Assembly (NCBI GenBank): GCA_964016885.1
Contig: OZ024760.1
Span: 34,038,001-34,102,000, forward strand
Direction: 5' to 3'
Length of the DNA: 64,000 bases
Source: Eledone cirrhosa
Lineage: Eukaryota
Each line of letters starts with the position of its first letter. Position 1 is the first letter of the stretch. Made by a program: the position numbers and the translations under genes. The notes beneath the pieces were generated by a model, which was not told where the DNA came from, made no database searches, and saw only the letters and a program-made list of their open reading frames with translations. Shown here piece by piece: positions 53,770 through 64,000 of the stretch.

Positions 53770-54590
53770 TAATAAATTTATAAATTTAGGAATTTATAAA
53801 TTTCCGGTTGGTTGGTTGGTTCCACAACCAGATGATTGTTTATATATTGTCAAAGTTCTTTCGTCACACATTCTGTGACCTCTTCAGTGACGGGAATCTT
53901 TTCTTTGTTTTTGTGCATTTCCTTAGTTCTGTCCTACGCCATCTTATTTTTGTGTGGTGTGCTTAGTTTGCGCATGTGTTACATCCGGGTGTCGGTGTGT
54001 GTTTATATTTGTTTATTTATTTGTTTATTTACATGTTACTGGTTGGTTGTTTGTTCTATGTGCGTGTGTGTTTTCATTTTGTCCTTAATTGTAAGTTGTC
54101 ATGTTGCTGTTCCATTCATGTTTTCTATTTAATTTTGGTTGGAGTTCATTTATGTTTATTGCCTCTGTGATTTGTCTAAACATTGCGTCTTTTCTGTGTG
54201 TAGATTCTATTTTTATTTCTATGTTCTCTAATTTACCCTTATGTTCTATTTTAGCATGTTGGTAGAGTACATATGATTCTTTACTATCTTGAAGGTCTCG
54301 CCAGTGTTCATTTATCCGTTCCCCTATACTACGAGCTGTCTCACCTATGTACACTATATTCTTGTCTCTACATTGTCCTTCAGTACATCTTATGCTATAT
54401 ACTACATTTATAGTTTTACAGTTAATATGGGGGCTTACTTTACAGATTATACATTTCTTATCTATACAGGGAGGTCTTTGAGAAGGGTATGTCTTGCTAA
54501 TAAGTGTTTTTATGGAGGTACCTGGTCTTTCTACTATCTTAATATTGAGTGTATGTTTATCTAGGGCCCTTCTAAATTTGTAAGCTAATT
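53770..54590 (-). mobile_element. Penelope-like element fragment (GIY-YIG plus 3' region with a hammerhead-like motif at 53849-53891)
   Basis: [18 protein letters not shown]...[16 protein letters not shown]...RQITEA...LNRKHEW; GUCA-CUGAAGA-gGUCAC..GUGAC-GAAA-GAAC-UU-UGAC. Same family as 8877 and 25005-25345. Confidence 0.82.
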
Positions 54591-54859
54591 CACCTCTAGG
54601 GGTTGTATCGATGACGTATGTATGTTTATTTCAAAAGGATAACCCCCTTCAAAAAGCAGGTAATACATACATCAAAAGGCAACCCTCTTAGAGAGACATA
54701 GAGTGAAAGAGACAGATTAGGAAAACATCTACGAAAATACAGACAAATATAATAATTGTTTCTACTTTTGGCACAAGGCCAGCAAATACCCAGTGTATTC
54801 CTGGTACTTTATTTTATCGACAGACAAATATAATAATGTATGTATCCCACACACTTTTT

Positions 54860-55653
54860 GGCAAAACCAGAAAAAGAAATTATACTACATCAGCACCACA
54901 GTCTGAGGACGATCATGAACGTCGCCTTCAGCAGATGAGGACTCATGCAACAGCCAGTCGCTGGGAACACCATGCTTCTCCCATCGTCAGTTGTGTGTAG
55001 GATGTTCTAGGGTGAGTTCCCCAAACAATCTCTTAATTTTTGCTCCCGAGGGCCGAACAAAAAACATTGTGTACTCTGAGGCTCTAACAATGTAAGTTTT
55101 GTATTTTTGTAATGTGGAATTTTCATTAAAGCTGTACATGGATTGACTGACCTTGCAACGGATTCACCATTTTATTAACCCTATGGGTCGCCATTGCATG
55201 GGCCAAAATCACACCGGAAGTCATTCGTAATACCTGGATAGGTATCGGATATCATGATATGTCCGGATAAATTCAACAGTGAACGAACAACGGCCCTTTT
55301 TAGGGCCACCTTCTTGCAATTGTTACCGCAATCTGTTGTTTAACGGCTTTCTGCAGACTTGAAATTTTTAACCAAGTCTACAGCCAGTACACAGTTGGGA
55401 GACCGAATTGTCGGTTTGTCTGGGCCTCTGCGCACGTACACCCACTGGGGAGTACATACACACGCTGCGTATACACGCACAGGCATGCTCCAAGCACACG
55501 TGATGGGAACTGTTGGCCGATTTATACGGTAGCTCGTCCCCTTTGCTACGAAGTCTGAAGGACAATGTGACATGGAAGGGTGTGTGGTATCTTTTCAGTG
55601 GAGTGGCGGGGGCAGGTATGTCTAACCGGACGCCAGCCGGACGGGCCAGTTAG
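54860..55653 (+). mobile_element. Internally deleted Helitron; 5' boundary uncertain
   Basis: 54961-55095 translates to LGTPCFSHRQLCVGCSRVSSPNNLLIFAPEGRTKNIVYSEAL, the Pif1-type helicase C-terminal motif FSHGQLYVACSRV...TKNIVY. GC-rich subterminal hairpin then (C>T)TAG|T at 55650-55654. Confidence 0.72.
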
Positions 55654-55669
55654 TATATATATATGTGTG

Positions 55670-55717
<48 letters not shown>

Positions 55718-55827
55718 CAGGATGTCCCCAAAAAATGTATACACGCTTCAACAGCCTTCAAAAAAATATTGCCTCTACAGGTAATCAAAGTATGTATACA
55801 TCTTTTTTTTTGGGGGGGGGCACTCTA
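55718..55827. mobile_element. Tc1/mariner-like MITE
   Basis: TA-CAGGATGTCCCCAAAAAATGTATAC...GTATACATCTTTTTTTTTGGGGGGGGGCACTCT-ATA, imperfect TIRs. Confidence 0.45.
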
Positions 55828-56284
55828 TATATATATATAGTTTTTCGAATATTAATAATAACATTCGATTCGTTTGCAATTATGCAAAGAGCAAGAATGA
55901 AGTGTTCATTCTACTGACATGGCTATAAAATTGAGGCTTGTTTGCATAATTGCAAACGAATAGAATGTTATTATTAATATTCGAAAAACTCAGATTACAT
56001 TTATTGTATTCTGCCATGTAGAGCGAAATTTTCTTTATATATATATATATTTCGGGGATTTGATTCTGACTTAGGGTTCTTTCTATTTAATTGCCAACCT
56101 GTAGGTGTTGTTTTCCATACAGTAACGGTTAAACCCACATGTAATAATTCTTTACACACATCTCACTGTGTAACACACTTCTCTCTGTGTGATATATTTG
56201 TATTTGAGCTCAGTTGAAAATTGTCTGTTCTTCTTTGAGCTAATATTATTACTGTGAACTGCGGAATACTCTAATTCCGATCCT

Positions 56285-56846
<562 letters not shown>

Positions 56847-57853
56847 TGTGTGTGTGTGTAGACATGCAGATATATATAGTAAGCGGTTATATAGCGTCAG
56901 TTTCTCTGTAGAAGCAACTGTTGCTATTAATACCCAGGTAACAATAGATGTGTTGTGTCAGCTTCCTTATAGCTCATTCAAATTAGAGAAGTTGCTCACC
57001 AACTTAAAACATTATTACATAACATACATGGCCGTGTATATATGTATGTATATGTATGTATGTATTTATGTATATATGTATGTATTGTAAGTTTATATGT
57101 ATTTATTTATGTATGTATGTATGTAAGTATGCATGCATGTATATATAAATGTATGTATGTCGGGGCGTCGGCAACTAAGCAGGCAACCCTACCTTGCTTG
57201 AGTGGGTTTGGCACCCTACGGGATGAAAAACAAAACCCTTCAAAGGGTGGAGGTACTCAGGAGAGTCAACGACCATCCAATTAAGTACTTTTTAAATTTT
57301 TTTTCAATTTTTTTGTGGAGTGAGAGACTCCTAGTCTTCATTAAGACATCTCTCTAGGAGAAGGTCTCTCTAGTCTTCATTAAGACATCTCTCTAGGAGA
57401 AGGTCTCTCTCATATAAAACCTCCGACTTCGTTTGCATCCAATGATGTAGAGCAGTTATGATATTAGGGTAAATACATTTAATGTAAATTCATTCGTGCA
57501 AAGTCTTTCCTCGCTTGATGTATGACATGCTAGCCGATGCATGGTATTGCTGGCCACGGGCAAGTCCCTAGCAGGACTACAAAGCCACATCTATGATGCT
57601 CATGCTTAAGTATCAATCAATAGCATTACTCGAAATTGAGTTGCTTCCATCATATATATGTATGTATATATGTATCTATGTATATATGTATCTATGTAAC
57701 TATGGGGATGGATATATAGATATATATAATTTTGTGAAGAAATAATTGGAAAGGTACTACTTATAGATTTAGGAATCAACTGGCGATTCGCTACCCGGAG
57801 TTTTACACATAACCACGAAATCAAACAAATGCATATATAGAAACATACACACG

Positions 57854-57889
<36 letters not shown>

Positions 57890-57969
57890 CAGGTAAAATT
57901 CCGTTATAACGGACTTTCGTTGTACATATAAATATACCTACATACATATATTTATGTATATACATACAT

Positions 57970-58006
<37 letters not shown>

Positions 58007-58194
58007 GTAAGAATATTTTCGAAATAGCGAGCGAGTTTGAAATTATAAATGTAAGATATCGCCGTATTTTGCTAAAGAAATTAAAGAAATTATTTAGCCT
58101 GATAGTGGGGTTAAGAACCCTCGGAGAAATGGAAAAAGCTGAGTATTGACGTACATATATATATATATATATGTACACACACAGATATTTATAT

Positions 58195-58230
<36 letters not shown>

Positions 58231-58235
58231 ACACG

Positions 58236-58297
<62 letters not shown>

Positions 58298-58573
58298 CAA
58301 TTTTTATGTGAAATAAAATACTTACTGCAATTTCGTCTCTGAGAACTGTATTGTTTCCATGATAAAAATACAAGTGTTCGTAAAACATATATGACAAATA
58401 TTTATACACATAAATTATATATATGTATATATATGTCTGTGTGTGCGTATATATGTATATATATCCATATAAATCTCTCTCTCTCTCTCTGTATGTCTGT
58501 GTGTGTGTGTGTATATATGTATATATATACATAAATTTATATTTATATATGTCTCTGTGTGTGTAAATATGTG

Positions 58574-58616
<43 letters not shown>

Positions 58617-58619
58617 ATT

Positions 58620-58675
<56 letters not shown>

Positions 58676-58952
58676 AATAAAAATATATTTATATATATAT
58701 ATATATGTGTGTGTATTTGTGTGTATATATATGTGTGTGTATATATATATATGTGTATGTGTGTATGTGTGTGTACTGATTTGTAATTGTTATTTTGGGG
58801 ATTCACGATTAAATGACCATGACAGAACGCTACATTACACACACACATACATATACACACTCGCCTGTCAACACACACACACACTACTAACAGTCTGGGT
58901 ATGTATATGTATATGTGTTTTATCAAAGTTATTATCATAAGTATGAGAAAGG

Positions 58953-59014
<62 letters not shown>

Positions 59015-59020
59015 ATATTT

Positions 59021-59089
<69 letters not shown>

Positions 59090-59179
59090 TATTTAGCTAT
59101 CTATATATATTATGTATATATATACATATATATATATATAATATTTATATATATATATACATATATACATCTATCTATC

Positions 59180-59217
<38 letters not shown>

Positions 59218-59868
59218 CAAACAGATAAGTATATATATATATATTCAGATAAGTGCCTGTGTGTTTATATATATATATATATATGCGACATGTAAACGGA
59301 AAACAACAGAGTAAACAATACGGTACAATGAAGATTACTTCAACAACTGATTGACACACACACATATATATATATACACATACATATACATACACACACA
59401 AACACATATATATACACAAACACATATATTATAGATATGTATGTGTCTGTATGTCTGTGTGTATTTATGTCTCTGTGTGTCTCTGTGTGTCTGTATGTGT
59501 GCATGTCTGTGTGTCTGTGTGTGTATGTGTGTCTGTGTCTGTGTGTGTGTGTGTGTGTGTGTCTGTGTGTCTGTGTGTCTCTGTCTGTCTCTGTATGTAT
59601 GTGTGTATGTGAGTGTGTCTATGTCTGTCTCTGTATGTGTGTATGTGTCTGTGTCTGTCTGTGTGTATGTGAGTGTGTCTGTGTCTGTATGTATATGTGT
59701 ATGTGAGTGTGTCTGTGTCTGTGTCTGTATGTATGGGAGTGTGGCTGTGTCTGTATGTGTCTGTGTCTGTCTGTATGTATGTGAGTGTGTTTCATATCAG
59801 TATTCCCAGCCAACTTCTTTACTTTCACTTTGTCTCGCAAAAAAACATCTCAATGTTGTTGTTGTTAC

Positions 59869-62800
59869 ATCAAACCAGCTGACAGACAGTGGTCCCTTCT
59901 TAGACACACCCGTACACAGGGACCCATCAGACCAGCTGACAGACAGTGGTCCCTTCTTAGACACACCCTTACACAGGGACCCATCAGACCAGCTGACAGA
60001 CAGTGGTCCCTTCTTAGACTCACCCTTACACAGGGACCCATCAGACCAGCTGACAGACAGTGGTCCCTTCTTAGACTCACCCTTACACAGGGACCCATCA
60101 GACCAGCTGACAGACAGTGGTCCCTTCTTAGACACACCCTTACACAGGGACCCATCAGACCAGCTGACAGACAGTGGTCCCTTCTTAGACTCACCCTTAC
60201 ACAGGGACCCATCAGACCAGCTGACAGACAGTGGTCCCTTCTTAGACACACCCTTACACAGGGACCCATCAGACCAGCTGACAGACAGTGGTCCCTTCTT
60301 AGACTCACCCTTACACAGGGACCCATCAGACCAGCTGACAGACAGTGGTCCCTTCTTAGACTCACCCTTACACAGGGACCCATCAGACCAGCTGACAGAC
60401 AGTGGTCCCTTCTTAGACTCACCCTTACACAGGGACCCATCAGACCAGCTGACAGACAGTGGTCCCTTCTTAGACACACCCTTACACAGGGACCCATCAG
60501 ACCAGCTGACAGACAGTGGTCCCTTCTTAGACACACCCGTACACAGGGACCCATCAGACCAGCTGACAGACAGTGGTCCCTTCTTAGACTCACCCTTACA
60601 CAGGGACCCATCAGACCAGCTGACAGACAGTGGTCCCTTCTTAGACACACCCTTACACAGGGACCCATCAGACCAGCTGACAGACAGTGGTCCCTTCTTA
60701 GACTCACCCTTACACAGGGACCCATCAGACCAGCTGACAGACAGTGGTCCCTTCTTAGACACACACTTACACAGGGACCCATCAGACCAGCTGACAGACA
60801 GTGGTCCCTTCTAAGACACACCCTTACACAGGGACCCATCAGTCCAGCTGACAGACAGTGGTCCCTTCTTAGACTCACCCTTACACAGGGACCCATCAGA
60901 CCAGCTGACAGACAGTGGTCCCTTCTTAGACTCACCCTTACACAGGGACCCATCAGACCAGCTGACAGACAGTGGTCCCTTCTTAGACACACCCTTACAC
61001 AGGGACCCATCAGACCAGCTGACAGACAGTGGTCCCTTCTTAGACACACCCGTACACAGGGACCCATCAGACCAGCTGACAGACAGTGGTCCCTTCTTAG
61101 ACTCACCCTTACACAGGGACCCATCAGACCAGCTGACAGACAGTGGTCCCTTCTTAGACACACCCTTACACAGGGACCCATCAGACCAGCTGACAGACAG
61201 TGGTCACTTCTTAGACACACCCTTACACAGGGACCCATCAGACCAGCTGACAGACAGTGGGCCCTTCTTAGACACACCCTTACATAGGGACCCATCAGAC
61301 CAGCTGAGAAGACAGTGGTTCCTTCTTAGAAACACCCTTACACAGGGACCCATCAGACCAGCTGACAGACAGTGGTCACTTCTTAGACACACCCTTACAC
61401 AGGGACCCATCAAACCAGCTGACAGACAGTGGTCCCTTCTTAGACACACCCTTACACAGGGACCCATCAGTCCAGCTGACAGACAGTGGACCCTTCTTAG
61501 ACACACCCGTACACAGGGACCCATCAGACCAGCTGACAGACAGTGGTCCCTTCTTAGACTCACCCTTACACAGGGACCCATCAGACCAGCTGACAGACAG
61601 TGGTCCCTTCTTAGACACACCCTTACACAGGGACCCATCAGACCATCTGACAGACAGTGGTCACTTCTTAGACACACCCTTACACAGGGTCCCATCAGAC
61701 CAGCTGACAGACAGTGGGCCCTTCTTAGACACACCCTTACATAGGGACCCATCAGACCAGCTGAGAAGACAGTGGTTCCTTCTTAGAAACACCCTTACAC
61801 AGGGACCCATCAGACCAGCTGACAGACAGTGGTCACTTCTTAGACACACCCTTACACAGGGACCCATCAAACCAGCTGACAGACAGTGGTCCCTTCTTAG
61901 ACACACCCTTACACAGGGACCCATCAGTCCAGCTGACAGACAGTGGTCACTTCTTAGACACACCCTTACACAGGGACCCATCAAACCAGCTGACAGACAG
62001 TGGTGCCTTCTTAGAAACACCCTTACACAGGGACCCATCAGTCCAGCTGACAGACAGTGGTCACTTCTTAGACACACCCTTACACAGGGACCCATCAAAC
62101 CAGCTGACAGACAGTGGTCCCTTCTTAGACACACCCTTACAGAGGGACCCATCAGACCAGCTGACAGACAGTGGTCCCTTCTTAGACACACCCTTACACA
62201 GGGACCCATCAGACCAGCTGACAAACAGTGGTCCCTTCTTAGACACACCCTTACACAGGGACCCATCAGACCAGCTGACAGACAGTGGTCCCTTCTTAGA
62301 CACACCCTTACACAGGGACCCATCAGACCAGCTGACAGACAGTGGTCCCTTCTTAGACACACCCTTACACAGGGACCCATCAAACCAGCTGACAGACAGT
62401 GGTCCCTTCTTAGACTCACCCTTACACAGGGACCCATCAGTCCAGCTGACAGACAGTGGTCCCTTCTTAGACTCACCCTGACACAGGGACCCATCAGACC
62501 AGCTGACAGACAGTGGACCCTTCTTAGACTCACCCTTACACAGGGACCCATCAGACCAGCTGACAGACAGTGGTCCCTTCTTAGACTCACACATACACAG
62601 GGACCCATCAGCCCAGCTGACAGACAGTGGTCCCTTCTTAGACTCACCCTTACACAGGGACCCATCAGACCAGCTGACAGATAGTGGACCCTTCTTAGAC
62701 ACACCCTTACATAGGGACCCATCAGACCAGCTGACAGACAGTGGTCCCTTCTTAGACACACCCTTACATAGGGACCCATCAGACCAGCTGACACACAGTG

Positions 62801-63875
62801 GTCCCTTCTTAGACCCACCCTTACATAGCGACCCATCAGACCAGCTGACAGACAGTGGTCCCTTCTTAGACACACCCTTACACAGGGACCCATCAGACCA
62901 GCTGACAGACAGTGGTCCCTTCTTAGACACATCCTTACACAGGGACCCATCAGACCAACTGACAGACAGTGGTCCCTTCATAGACACACCCTTACACAGG
63001 GACCATCAGACCAGCTGAGAGACAGTGGTCCCTTCTTAGACACACCATTTACAGAGGGACCCATCAGACCTACTGACAGACAGTGGTCCCTTCTGAGACA
63101 CACTCTTACACAGATACACATCAGACCAGCTGACACAGTGGTCCCTTCTTAGACACACACTTACACAGGGACCCATCAGACCAGCTGACAGACAGTGGTC
63201 CCTTCTAAGACACACCCTTACACAGGGACCCATCAGACCAGCTGACAGACAGTGGGCCCTTCTTAGACACACCCTTACATAGGGACCCATCAGACCAGCT
63301 GAGAAGACAGTGGTTCCTTCTTAGAAACACCCTTACACAGGGACACATCAGTCCATCTGACAGACAGTGGTCACTTCTTAGACACACCCTTACACAGGGA
63401 CCCATCAGACCAGCTGACAGACAGTGGGCCCTTCTTAGACACACCCTTACATAGGGACCCATCAGACCAGCTGAGAAGACAGTGGTTCCTTCTTAGAAAC
63501 ACCCTTACACAGGGACACATCAGTCCAGCTGACAGACAGTGGTCCCTTCTTAGACACACCCTTACAGAGGGACCCATCAGACCAGCTGACAGACAGTGGT
63601 CCCTTCTTAGACACACCCTTACACAGGGACCCATCAGACCAGCTGACAGACAGTGGTCCCTTCTTAGACACACCCTTACACAGGGACCCATCAGACCAGC
63701 TGACAGACAGTGGTCCCTTCTTAGACACACCCTTACACAGGGACCCATCAGACCAGCTGACAGACAGTGGTCCCTTCTTAGACACACCCTTACACAGGGA
63801 CCCATCAGACCAGCTGAAAGACAGTGGTCCCTTTTTAGACACACCCTTACATGGGGTCCCATCAGACTAGCTAAC
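59869..63875. repeat. 57-bp minisatellite (about 70 units)
   Basis: Unit CAGACCAGCTGACAGACAGTGGTCCCTTCTTAGACACACCCTTACACAGGGACCCAT. Confidence 0.97.
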
Positions 63876-63878
63876 ATA

Positions 63879-64000
63879 TCTTCTCACGTCTGTCATGTCT
63901 TACCATGTCTGTCATGTCTTCTCACGTCTGTCATGTCTTCTCACGTCTGTCAAGTCTTCTCACGTCTGTAACGTCTTCTCGTGTCTGTCATCTCTTCTCG
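63879..64000. repeat. Minisatellite of about 19 bp, runs off the window
   Basis: Unit TCTTCTCACGTCTGTCATG. Confidence 0.85.

Noticed and set aside
57160-57600. Possible LINE 5' UTR with an HDV-like ribozyme
   Set aside because: I could not build the nested double pseudoknot by eye; only a 40-bp tandem duplication is certain.
59441-63877. Long repeat ORFs, and a CUGAUGG plus stem resemblance to a hammerhead on the minus strand
   Set aside because: Frames are open on both strands and broken by indels. The motif has no GAAA or stem I, so it is not a hammerhead.

Overview
Eukaryotic, AT-rich, (TA)n/(CA)n-microsatellite-saturated animal DNA; the repeat landscape looks like an octopus/cephalopod genome (inference). 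There are two host genes, arranged tail to tail. One is a single-coding-exon GT31 beta-1,3-galactosyltransferase-like gene (+, 2781-3884). The other is an SLC16/monocarboxylate-transporter-like gene (-), for which five phase-compatible coding exons can be assembled between 44774 and 16390; its start exon was not found. The rest is mobile DNA: two Tx1/L1-clade LINEs, three R4/Dong-like LINEs sitting in or next to (TAA)n tracts, RTE fragments, many tRNA-derived SINEs, an internally deleted Helitron, MITEs, and 36-, 48- and 57-bp minisatellites. The most striking hidden layer is a set of Penelope-like elements (PLEs) and short non-coding derivatives inserted into (TA)n, often as head-to-head palindromes. 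Together they carry more than 20 minimal type I hammerhead ribozyme motifs from many unrelated families, including U3:A8 and U4C core variants. Two further highlights are a 465-bp tandem/inverted retrozyme-like array and a tRNA-headed element that appears to be copied by PLE machinery (a candidate Penelope-dependent SINE). All calls were made by eye; repeat boundaries are approximate.
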